Shown one piece after another: positions 45,573 to 54,488 of a stretch of DNA of 64,000 nt. The position numbers and the translations under genes are program-made. The stretch lies in assembly GCA_039028615.1 (NCBI GenBank), contig JBCCHT010000025.1, positions 143,948-207,947 of the forward strand, read 5' to 3'. This DNA comes from Myxococcota bacterium (GTDB taxonomy: Bacteria; Myxococcota_A; Polyangia; Nannocystales; Nannocystaceae). The notes beneath the pieces are model-generated. The model made no database searches. It had not been told where the DNA came from and saw nothing but the letters and a program-made list of their open reading frames with translations. Position 1 is the first letter of the stretch. Every line of letters starts with the position of its first letter.

Positions 45573-46901
45573 TCAGGCACCTCCGCACGCGGCCGTCACG
45601 ATGCGATCCCAGCGGGACGGGGCCGAGCCGGCCGCATAGCGCCGGGCCACGGCACGGGCATCGTCGGCTCGGCCGGCCGTGCACAAGACCTTCAGGCGCG
45701 TCGAACGAGCCTCGTCGCGCAGGACGCCGCGATCGAAGCGAGCATCGTAGTCGTCGAGTACAGACAGAGCCTTGCTCGTGTCACCGCGACGCAGCGCGCC
45801 GCGGGCGAGCTCCAGCAGGCGCGTTTCCTCGGCGAGAGTCGAGGCTGCCGTCGGCGGAGGCACAGTCGTTGCCGATGGCTTCGTGCTCCGCCGTGCCTTG
45901 CTGGCGCGACGCTTCGGCGAAGGCTCGGTCGAGGCCGCCGACGCGCGAGGAGGGGGAACCGGCTCGACCGGCGGAGGCTCGACCGTCGCATCGACGACCG
46001 CGGGGGGAGGCGGGACCGCAGGTGGGCTCGGCGGGGCAACCGGCTCGGCGCGCGGCACCGTAGCGGCGACCGTCTGAGGCTCGCGCTCGGGCTGCTCGCC
46101 AGCCGAGGTCGATGCGACCCACGTCAGCCCCAGCGCTCCGGCCACGGCCCCCACGACGATCGGCAACGTCCACCCACCGCTCGACGACAGCGTGATGCTC
46201 TCCCACCCGGGCACGGCCGGCGAGCTCCCCTGCTCGAGCTGCAGCGCGACCGCAGCCGCCACCGCCTTGCGACGCCGCGCCTCGGGGCGCTCTTGGGCCG
46301 CAGCCTGAAGCACCGCCCGCGGCCGCAGCTGGCTCACCCGTTGGTTGCCGCGCTCCCGCGCATGCATCCGCCGCAGCGCGGTCCCGAACCGCTCCCGAGC
46401 GAGCCGCAGCCGCGAGTGCACCGTGCGAGGGTTGACGCCGAGGATCCGTGAAATCTCCCGCACCTCCACGCCCTCGATCTCGGCGAGCACGAACACGGTG
46501 CGCTTGGGCGGATCGAGCTGTTCGAGGAGCGTGTCGACCAGGTGCCCCGCCTCCGCCCGTGCGAGGTGATCCTCGGGGTCGACGGTGGAGCGACCATGCA
46601 TGCCCTCGCCCGCCTTGGTGCGCCGCGCCGCCTCGCGCGTGTCGCTGCGGCGCCGGGTCGAGGCCACCCGCACGGCCACCGCATAGATCCACGTGCGCAG
46701 CGACGCATGCCCGCGAAACTCGGGCAGCCGCCGCATGACCACCAAGAAGGTGTCCTGCACCGCGTCGTCGAGGTCCGAGTCGGGCACGCCGCAGTGCCGC
46801 AGCACCCGCCAGACATACGCAGAGTGCGCGCGATAGATCGCGGTCAGGGCCGAGGGATCGGCCGATTCGCGGGATTCAAAGCTGCGGCTGCCTTCCGGCA
46901 C
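45573..46901 (-). CDS. ECF sigma factor fused to an anti-sigma-like TM/TPR module
   Basis: Sigma regions 2 and 4 (DDAVQDTFL; TVHSRLRLAR) continue in frame into a TM helix, Pro-rich linker and LAEETRLL...LCTAGR. Confidence 0.82.
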   Translation of the reverse strand: MPEGSRSFESRESADPSALTAIYRAHSAYVWRVLRHCGVPDSDLDDAVQDTFLVVMRRLPEFRGHASLRTWIYAVAVRVASTRRRSDTREAARRTKAGEGMHGRSTVDPEDHLARAEAGHLVDTLLEQLDPPKRTVFVLAEIEGVEVREISRILGVNPRTVHSRLRLARERFGTALRRMHARERGNQRVSQLRPRAVLQAAAQERPEARRRKAVAAAVALQLEQGSSPAVPGWESITLSSSGGWTLPIVVGAVAGALGLTWVASTSAGEQPEREPQTVAATVPRAEPVAPPSPPAVPPPPAVVDATVEPPPVEPVPPPRASAASTEPSPKRRASKARRSTKPSATTVPPPTAASTLAEETRLLELARGALRRGDTSKALSVLDDYDARFDRGVLRDEARSTRLKVLCTAGRADDARAVARRYAAGSAPSRWDRIVTAACGGA

Positions 46902-46950
46902 GGAAAAACGCAAAGTCCTCGATGGTTGGTGCCGCCGATCGGCGTACGCA

Positions 46951-47991
46951 TCAAGGAATTTTTCGTGCGCGGTGGATCTCGAGGCCGACCAACCCCCGCA
47001 GACCGCCCGCGCCCGCCGTCCACTGGCCCTGGACGCCATCGACCGAAAAGGCGGGGCGGTACAGCGAGATCACGCCTTCGAGCCCGGCCCACAGCGAAAT
47101 TCGCTCCACCATCGCGTACTCGAGGCCGGGTTGGAGCACAGCCCCCGCCCAGGGAGCGACCGCCGATCGAGCCTCGATGAGCGCATTGCCCGTGCCTTGC
47201 CCCAGCACGGCGCCGCCATCCACCCCGGCGCACAGAGGCACGCGCAGCCGACCCCGGCCGAGCACGGGACAGACCCGCACCCCACCGCTGACCAGGCGCA
47301 CCACGCCGGCCGCGTCCTGCTGCGCATCGAAGGAGACCCGACGCCCCGACCACGCCTGGACAGCCGCTCGTACCTGGATCCGCTCGGTCCCCAGCCAGGG
47401 GGAGAGCACGCCGCCAAAGCCGGCTCCGGGCAGCACCAGGCCTCCCGGGCCCGCGCCGAGCCGCACGCCGAACTCGAGACCGGGGGCGACCGACCGCTTC
47501 CGCTCGGCCTTCGTCTTTGGCGGGGTCCCGGGCGGCTCGGGCCGCGGGGGCTCCACGGGCGCGGGGCGTCTCGGCCGACGTCGCACCGCCGGCTCGGGCA
47601 CGGTCGTTGGCTCCTGCTCCGCCTCCGACTCCTGCTCGGCGATCGCCTCCGCCGTCGTCAGAGGATCCAGCCCGACCGCGACCACCACCATGTTCGCGCG
47701 CGCCAAGAGCTCGCACTCGGGCGCCCACAGCTCGCGCGTGGACGAGGCCGGACCCGCATCGAGCACCAACCGGGAGGCAAAGCCGTCGTCGCGGGCCTCC
47801 ACCGTGATCTCCGCCCGCACGGCGATGGTGGGCGGAGCGTCGAGGGTCAGCGCCTCGAGCCAGCCGTCGACCTGCCCTTCATTCGGGCATCCCGGCGGCG
47901 CGACCCAACGCAGCGCCACACCAGCGCGACGGGGAACCTCCGACCGCGGGCTGGACAGCGCCATCGTCGCGATCAGGCCGAGCATGAGCAT
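46951..47991 (-). CDS. Exported WxAPxGCP-motif protein with probable beta-barrel
   Basis: Signal peptide, WVAPPGCP, VAVGLDP, Pro-rich linker, beta-strand C-terminus; paralog of 12317-13297. Confidence 0.65.
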   Translation of the reverse strand: MLMLGLIATMALSSPRSEVPRRAGVALRWVAPPGCPNEGQVDGWLEALTLDAPPTIAVRAEITVEARDDGFASRLVLDAGPASSTRELWAPECELLARANMVVVAVGLDPLTTAEAIAEQESEAEQEPTTVPEPAVRRRPRRPAPVEPPRPEPPGTPPKTKAERKRSVAPGLEFGVRLGAGPGGLVLPGAGFGGVLSPWLGTERIQVRAAVQAWSGRRVSFDAQQDAAGVVRLVSGGVRVCPVLGRGRLRVPLCAGVDGGAVLGQGTGNALIEARSAVAPWAGAVLQPGLEYAMVERISLWAGLEGVISLYRPAFSVDGVQGQWTAGAGGLRGLVGLEIHRARKIP

Positions 47992-48047
47992 GTCGTTTTT
48001 CGTGATACCGCCGACCGACCGCGGCCACAAACCAACGAGACCGACTC

Positions 48048-48641
48048 ATGCGCTTCGACTACCGTTATTCCTCTCTCTTCGGTTCCCTCTTGCTCTCGGC
48101 CTGCGTCGCGACCGAGCCCGAGCCCCTCGGCGATGTGGGGGATACGGGCGACGATCAGGGCCAAACGAGCACCACCGACTCGGCGGATTCGGCAGCGCCG
48201 ACCGGGGACGCGGGTGACGATGGGGCGACCCAGGGCGCGACCAGTACGACCGACGCCACCGGAACGACCAATGCCACGACCCCGGGCACCGACGACGGGG
48301 CCGAAACCGATGGCGGCGACACCGAGGGCGACATGTCGACCGGGGACGAGCCGGGCACCAGTGGAGGCGTGGCCGATTGCGGAGGCCTCGACGAAGCGGC
48401 CTGCGCCGCGGACCCGGCCTGCATGGAGCTGCGGGGTCAGGAGATCGTGCAAGCGGGCGCCGTCGGCCTGTGCCTGGGCCCGCCACAGTTTCTGTACTGC
48501 ATCGACGCCGGGGTCGGTTGCCTGCCCGCGACGGCCACCGTGTGCAACGGCGGCTCGTTCTACGAAGCGTGGTCGCAGTGCCCCCTGCCGGCCGAGTGGA
48601 TGGCCTGCGATCCGCCCGGCATGGTCAACGGCGACTGCTGA
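48048..48641 (+). CDS. Cys-rich lipoprotein
   Basis: LLSAC lipobox, Thr/Asp/Gly linker, C-terminal Cys cluster. Confidence 0.7.
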   Translation: MRFDYRYSSLFGSLLLSACVATEPEPLGDVGDTGDDQGQTSTTDSADSAAPTGDAGDDGATQGATSTTDATGTTNATTPGTDDGAETDGGDTEGDMSTGDEPGTSGGVADCGGLDEAACAADPACMELRGQEIVQAGAVGLCLGPPQFLYCIDAGVGCLPATATVCNGGSFYEAWSQCPLPAEWMACDPPGMVNGDC

Positions 48642-48725
48642 AGCCCGGGTTGCGAACACGGTTCGTCGCCACGCGGCATTTCGACGGCTTTCATGCGCGC
48701 ACAGGGCCACGGCCCGCGTGCGAGC

Positions 48726-49853
48726 ATGAAGGTCATGACGCGTACGGTGACCTCGCAGCCCTCGCATACGCACGACGTCAGCCCGCCGACGAGCTCGTAC
48801 GGGCAACCCCAGGCGCAGGACACCGCGGCTCCCGTGCAGCCCATGCTCCACGGGCTGCGCGACTTCGGCGTGGGGCGCCGCGGAGGCCCCAGCACCTCCG
48901 CCCTCGCCTCGGGCGGCAACGTCATCCAGCGCGTGAAGTCCAAGATCAAGGGCTTCGACGACGAAGAGACCGAGTCGGAGATCAACTACGATCCGGCGAA
49001 ACAACTGAGCCAAGGGGCCGAGGGCACCGTGCACGTGGGCAAGATCGGCAAGCGCAAGGTGATCGTGAAGGTCGCCAAGCCCGTCGGAGAGCTCGGTACG
49101 CAAAACGAGATCGGGATCCTCGGCAAGGTACGACCGGGGCCCCATATCGTGGGCGCGATCGGTCACGGGAAGACGGCCGGAGGGAGCTCGGTGGTGGTCC
49201 TGAACAAGGCCGACCACTCGCTCAACAACCAGCTCCCCAAGGACATCCACCGTCGACTCAACCTCGCTCTGGGTACCGGTCGCGGGCTCCAGAGCCTGCA
49301 CGATCAGGACATCACGCACGGCGACCTGAACCTGAAGAACATCCTGTCCACGAACGGTGAGGCGCAGCTGACCGATTTCGGAGCGGCCGCGGATTTCAGC
49401 AATTCGGACAGCATACAGCTACCGCTCGACCCGGGGCTGGCCGCCATGGGCATCCAACCGGAGACCATCCACAAAGACGCCACGAAGCTCAAGGACCGCA
49501 AGGACTTCAGGAAGGCGGCCGTGAACATCCTGCGTGGCAACAAGGCCAACGACGAGTTCGATGGCGACGCGATCGACGCCCTGGAAAAGAGCCTCAGCCT
49601 CAAGGGCCTGTCGAAGGCGAGCATCACCCCGATCATCAAGTTCGCCCGCAAGCAGAACCCGACCGAAGACGACCACGCCGATTTCGTGAAAGCCGCTCAC
49701 CTCACCGTCGAGCGCAACCGGCTCATGAAGCAGCTGGAGGCCACGCCGACCGGCGGGAAGAACAAGAAGAAGAACAAAGAGTACAAGGCGGCGCGACTGG
49801 CCATTCAGTCCAAGCTCTCCGCCAACAAGAAGGCGCTCGCCGAACTCTCGTGA
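48726..49853 (+). CDS. Soluble Lys-rich protein kinase-fold protein
   Basis: LSQGAEGTV, VIVK, NEIGIL, HGDLNLKN, TDFG; no TM segment. Confidence 0.8.
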   Translation: MKVMTRTVTSQPSHTHDVSPPTSSYGQPQAQDTAAPVQPMLHGLRDFGVGRRGGPSTSALASGGNVIQRVKSKIKGFDDEETESEINYDPAKQLSQGAEGTVHVGKIGKRKVIVKVAKPVGELGTQNEIGILGKVRPGPHIVGAIGHGKTAGGSSVVVLNKADHSLNNQLPKDIHRRLNLALGTGRGLQSLHDQDITHGDLNLKNILSTNGEAQLTDFGAAADFSNSDSIQLPLDPGLAAMGIQPETIHKDATKLKDRKDFRKAAVNILRGNKANDEFDGDAIDALEKSLSLKGLSKASITPIIKFARKQNPTEDDHADFVKAAHLTVERNRLMKQLEATPTGGKNKKKNKEYKAARLAIQSKLSANKKALAELS

Positions 49854-49868
49854 CTCAGCGTCCGTGAG

Positions 49869-52385
49869 CTACCGATAGTAGCTGAGCAGGCGGCCGTCCT
49901 TGGCGTCCACCACCAGCATGCAACCCGCCAGCATGTAGAAGCGGCCATCCCCGGGCAGCACCGCGCGGGCGGAGAGCTGTCGCTTCCAGGTCTGCTCCCA
50001 GCGGGTCTTGCCGTCGCGGGTCTCGATCATGTGCATGGCGATGCGGTCGTCTCCATAAGAGACCACCACGATGCCCGAGCCCACCACCACCGCCACGATG
50101 TCGCCCTTGATGTCGCGCAGGCTGTCGAACTTGCGGGTCCACTCCACCGTGGTCGCGCGGTAGCGAATCATGTGGGGGATGTTGGTCCCGCGCGACTTCT
50201 CGTACAGGGCGAAGTCGCTGCGCGGGCACGTGGCCATGAAGCCGCGGGTGAAGTCGCAGAAGCGGTCGCCGATGGACGCCTCGAACTCGAGGCCCTCGAT
50301 CTGCGGGAAATCTTCGTCGCGCAGCCGCTTGATCCGCGTGGGCTTGGCCACGTCCGAGGTCACCCGCCCGCTCGTGAGCGACACCGCGCTGACGACGTTG
50401 TCGATGGTCTCGACGTAGACCTCGTCGTCCTCGACCACGAACCAGAACACGTCGTCGGACAGCTGCCCCTCCCACCGCGTGTTGCCCGTCGCCATCTCGA
50501 TGCCGCGAATGTTGCGGCCGAAGGACTGCACGAGCAGGTCGTCGTGGAAGCCGTAGCGGCGGACCTCGGAGCGGTGCTCGTCGGGCGCGAGCTTCCACAG
50601 CGGCTGCATGGTCTTGCCGTTCAGCGCGATGACCTTGGACATCATGGGGTCGCTGGCCTGCAAGAACTCGACGATGACGTCTTCGGTGCCGTCTTTGTTG
50701 AAATCGTCCGCGTGCACCAGCGCCTGGGGCACGGTGGGCGCGAACGAGATCGGGGGGCCTCCTTGGCACGCGGCCGCGACCGCCTCGCCGAAGTCCTCGG
50801 TGTCCAGCGGCTTGGGGGGCTTGCCCTGGCTGGGGGAGTCGCCGGAACTGGGCGTATCGGTGACTCCGGGCACCCCGGGGATCTTGGGTACGCCCGGCAC
50901 CTCCGACGCGGCGTTGCTCGAGCTCGCTCCGCTGGACGGGGCCGCCGACGCGGATGCACTCGAGGCGCCGTCGTCCTTGCCCATCAGCAGGACGCCCGCG
51001 ACTCCGGCCGCGATCAGCACGACGGGGATCAACAGGAACGGCCAGACGGGGCGGCTCTTGGTCGGCGCGCCCGTGGCGTTTCCGACCGCGGTGGGCACCC
51101 CGGCCGAGGCCGCATGGTGACTACCCGCGGCGGGATGCGATGCGCCCGCGGACCAACCGGGGGCCGCTCCAGACCCGCCGGGCCCGGTGGGCGCCGCCAC
51201 TGCGCCCGCCCCCGGCTGGCTCGCGGCCCACTGCGACGCGCCGGGCATCGCCCCCGCGGGCGGTACGCTGCCGGGCGATGAAGCGGGCGCCGAGGCTGCG
51301 GTTCTGCCCATCGGCCCCGGCATGCTCGGAGCCCACTGCGACGCCCCCGGAAAGTGCCCCGCCGGAGCACCGTGGGTCGGCTGCGGACCGGCCTGCACCG
51401 CCCCCGTCCCCGGGAGGCTGGACAGCAGCTCGGCCCCCTGCCCCGGATTGCCGTGGGTGGGTGGGTTGCCGGGGAGCCCCGGATCGCTGCCCTCCCACGC
51501 CGACGCCCCCGGGAAGCTCATCTCGTTGCCCGGGCCCGCTCCGCCGACCACCGGCTTGAAGCTCAGCGATGCGGGCACGCCGGGCAACGACGAGAGCATC
51601 TGCAGCACCGCGTTCGCGCTCGAGGGACGACCGTCGGCCGACTTGGCGAGCAGCAAGTGCATGATCTCCACCAGGTCGGGCGGCGTGGCGTGCTGCACCT
51701 CGGGCGGCAAGGGGGGCACGGGCGCGGTGCACTGGGCATCGAGCAGCGCCCGGGTCGAGGTCGAGGTGAAGGGCGGCGCCCCCGTGAGCATCTCGTAGAG
51801 CACCAGACCGGCCGCATATAGATCGGTCCGCGGATCGATGGTCGTGCCGTCGATCTGCTCGGGCGCCATGTACTGCAGCGTGCCCACGTCGGCGGTGGCC
51901 TTGGTGGCATCGCGCATGACCTTGGCGATACCGAAGTCCATCACCTTGATGGTGGTGTCCTCGGTGACCATGACGTTCTCGGGCTTGAGGTCCCGATGCA
52001 CGACGGCCGGCTTCTGCTCGTGCGCCGCCCCCAGCCCGGAGAGGATCTGCCGCAGCATGATGACCGCGTCGGTCCATGCGAACCGGGTCATGCGCTGGAG
52101 GCTCTGGCGCAGGGTCTCACCCCGCATCAGCTCCAGCACCATCACCAGCTGCTCGCCGTGCTCCTGGCAGGCGAGCAGGCGCACCACGTTGGGGTGATCG
52201 AGGCGGGCGAGGATTCCCATCTCACCAACGAACAGCTCGCGCCCGCGCGGCGACGCCGCGATGTTCCCGTGCATCACCTTGAGCGCGACGGGACGCCGAG
52301 ACAGCCGCTCCTGCGCCTCGTACACGGCTCCCATCCCGCCGCGGCCCAGCTCGCGCAGGACCATGTATTCGCCGATTTGTTTCAT
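49869..52385 (-). CDS. Membrane Ser/Thr kinase with extracytoplasmic PQQ-like beta-propeller
   Basis: GRGGMG, ALK, HRDLKPEN, DFG, YMAPE; TM VWPFLLIPVVLIAAGVAGVLL; DFNKDGTED and GxxRW repeats; ATGA overlap. Confidence 0.92.
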   Translation of the reverse strand: MKQIGEYMVLRELGRGGMGAVYEAQERLSRRPVALKVMHGNIAASPRGRELFVGEMGILARLDHPNVVRLLACQEHGEQLVMVLELMRGETLRQSLQRMTRFAWTDAVIMLRQILSGLGAAHEQKPAVVHRDLKPENVMVTEDTTIKVMDFGIAKVMRDATKATADVGTLQYMAPEQIDGTTIDPRTDLYAAGLVLYEMLTGAPPFTSTSTRALLDAQCTAPVPPLPPEVQHATPPDLVEIMHLLLAKSADGRPSSANAVLQMLSSLPGVPASLSFKPVVGGAGPGNEMSFPGASAWEGSDPGLPGNPPTHGNPGQGAELLSSLPGTGAVQAGPQPTHGAPAGHFPGASQWAPSMPGPMGRTAASAPASSPGSVPPAGAMPGASQWAASQPGAGAVAAPTGPGGSGAAPGWSAGASHPAAGSHHAASAGVPTAVGNATGAPTKSRPVWPFLLIPVVLIAAGVAGVLLMGKDDGASSASASAAPSSGASSSNAASEVPGVPKIPGVPGVTDTPSSGDSPSQGKPPKPLDTEDFGEAVAAACQGGPPISFAPTVPQALVHADDFNKDGTEDVIVEFLQASDPMMSKVIALNGKTMQPLWKLAPDEHRSEVRRYGFHDDLLVQSFGRNIRGIEMATGNTRWEGQLSDDVFWFVVEDDEVYVETIDNVVSAVSLTSGRVTSDVAKPTRIKRLRDEDFPQIEGLEFEASIGDRFCDFTRGFMATCPRSDFALYEKSRGTNIPHMIRYRATTVEWTRKFDSLRDIKGDIVAVVVGSGIVVVSYGDDRIAMHMIETRDGKTRWEQTWKRQLSARAVLPGDGRFYMLAGCMLVVDAKDGRLLSYYR

Positions 52386-54487
52386 ATGCCCTGATTCCTT
52401 GGCGCGGCCGCGACGGCGACGTGAGCGTGGGGATGGCCATGCACGGGCGCGACGTGGACGGGGCCTTCGTCGACCCGGCGGATCCCCAGCGAGCCCAGGA
52501 AGGCCCACGGCGCCACGTTACCGATCATCACGAAGACCGCGTCGACCCCCAGCGTCTGGGTGCCGCCCGAGCCGGATAGATGCACGACCCCCGGCTCCAG
52601 CTGCGCGATCTCGGTGGAGAAGCGCAGATCGATGTTGCCCAGCTCGGCCTGGCGCCGTACTTCTTCGATGTTGCGACGCTTGCCGCGTTTGAAGTCGGGG
52701 CCGCGGTACGAGACGGTGACCTTGGTTTGAGGCTGGCTCGCGAGGGCCACCGCGGCCTCCATGGCCACGTCACCCAGGCCCACCACCAAGACCCGCTGCC
52801 CCGCGAAGCTGGCCGCGTCCGCCAGCGAGTAGTGCACGTGGTCGACCATGGGGTCGGGGATGGGCACCTTCAGCTTGCGCGGCGTGCCGCGACGCCCGAA
52901 CGCGAGCAAGACCCGCTTGGCCATCACCTGAGTGGCCTGCCCGGTGCTGGCCACCGCGTCGACGCGGAAGGGCCCGCCCCACTGCAGCGCGGCCATGCCC
53001 GTGACCCGGGTCCGCTCCTGCACGTGGATCTGCCGCGAGCGAATGATCTTCATCCACTGCGCCAGCAGCTCTTCCTTGGTGCTCTCCTGCATCCACAGCG
53101 CGCCGATGGCCGGCACCTCGAGCGGCTGATCGAAGACCAGCTTGTCGCGCGGGAAGCTACGGATGCTCTCCGCCACCCCGCCCTGGTCCATGATCACGAA
53201 GCGGAGACCGAGCTGCTGCGCCTCGAGGGCCGCGCTGATGCCCGCGGGGCCGGCCCCCACGATGACCACGTCCACCGCGTCCGTGCCGACCGCCGCCGGT
53301 CGAGCGTGGAGCGACGCATGGATGTTGCGCATGGCCATGGACCCCTGGTTGATCGCGTTCTTGATGAGCGGCAGCCCGGTGAGGTCGCCGGCCAGGAACA
53401 CGCCGGGGTTGTCGAGGCTCTCGAGGTTCTCGCCCATGCGCGGCAAGTCGCCGATGGGCTCGCCGTCGGACATGACCAAGGCCCCGGTGGGACAGCGCTG
53501 CTCGCAGAGCGTCAGGCCGCAGCAGTCGTCGGGGCGACTGACCCGGGCCAGGAAGTTGCGCATCTCGAGCACGTCGTAGGGGCACGCATCGACGCAGGCG
53601 TTGCAGCCGATGCAGATGGAAGGATCGATGCGAGGCAGGCGAACGCGGGTGGCCGGCATCACGTCGACGTCGGCCGCGGCGTCGCCCGTGGCCTTGCCCA
53701 CCGCGTTGCCGAGCGCTCGCCACACCAGCGCCGCGCCCCCGGCCACCAACAAGCCCGCGAACACGGCGAGCCACGGCCACCAGGCGAGGTCCTCCTCGGG
53801 CTCGGTGCCCGGGGGGCTGCTGCGCGCCACCTTGGCCGCGGCGAGCCAGGCCACTGGGCGCTCGGGGTCGAGCGACGAGCGGTGAATGTCGAAGCACAGG
53901 TTGCCCGCCGTCGGGTTCACGCAGGCCGCGGCGGCGTCGCTGTCGTGGTCGACGACATGGCAGCTGCTGCAGGCCGCCGCGTCGACCAGCGACACGTGCA
54001 TCGTCTTCGGCGGACGCAGCAGCCCCTCGAGCTCGGTCAAGACCGTCTGCGTCTCGCCGTGCCAGCGCGTCACCGTGCCGTCGGAGGCGAAGGTCACCCC
54101 CTCGGCCGCGTGCGGCGGGTGACAGGTCAGGCAGCTCCACGAGCCCTCGGCCGCCAGCGCCACATGCGGTGCCCGGCGAGGCGCGTAGTCGTGACACGTA
54201 CGGCAGGTGTCGTCGTCGGGCGTGGCCGTGCTGGTGTGGCACGACTCGCACTCGAGGCCGGCCGCCTTGTGGGGCGCGGACACGGTTCGGCCCGACGCGC
54301 CCTCGGGCGCGAGCGTCGAGACCCACCACCCCACGCCCGCGACCAGCAGCATCGTCACCGCCGCCGCGAAGCCGATGCCCCGGAAGCGCCGTACGTCGCT
54401 GCTGCGCTCGTACTTGCGGGCGACTCGCGAGCGCCCCTTCACGGGCGCCGACTTGTCGACGAAGACGGTGTTGGAGCCGTCGTTCAT
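52382..54487 (-). CDS. Multiheme cytochrome c / ferredoxin / thioredoxin-reductase-like flavoprotein fusion
   Basis: TM; CESCH, CRTCH, CLTCH, CSSCH; TM; CIGCNACVDACP and CCGLTLCEQRCP; GAGPAG; GLGDVAME. Confidence 0.85.
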   Translation of the reverse strand: MNDGSNTVFVDKSAPVKGRSRVARKYERSSDVRRFRGIGFAAAVTMLLVAGVGWWVSTLAPEGASGRTVSAPHKAAGLECESCHTSTATPDDDTCRTCHDYAPRRAPHVALAAEGSWSCLTCHPPHAAEGVTFASDGTVTRWHGETQTVLTELEGLLRPPKTMHVSLVDAAACSSCHVVDHDSDAAAACVNPTAGNLCFDIHRSSLDPERPVAWLAAAKVARSSPPGTEPEEDLAWWPWLAVFAGLLVAGGAALVWRALGNAVGKATGDAAADVDVMPATRVRLPRIDPSICIGCNACVDACPYDVLEMRNFLARVSRPDDCCGLTLCEQRCPTGALVMSDGEPIGDLPRMGENLESLDNPGVFLAGDLTGLPLIKNAINQGSMAMRNIHASLHARPAAVGTDAVDVVIVGAGPAGISAALEAQQLGLRFVIMDQGGVAESIRSFPRDKLVFDQPLEVPAIGALWMQESTKEELLAQWMKIIRSRQIHVQERTRVTGMAALQWGGPFRVDAVASTGQATQVMAKRVLLAFGRRGTPRKLKVPIPDPMVDHVHYSLADAASFAGQRVLVVGLGDVAMEAAVALASQPQTKVTVSYRGPDFKRGKRRNIEEVRRQAELGNIDLRFSTEIAQLEPGVVHLSGSGGTQTLGVDAVFVMIGNVAPWAFLGSLGIRRVDEGPVHVAPVHGHPHAHVAVAAAPRNQGI

Positions 54488-54488
54488 C

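Noticed and set aside
51200..51520. Three PGASxW repeats in the kinase linker
   Set aside because: Real but short, within a low-complexity Pro/Gly/Ala linker; no function can be supported
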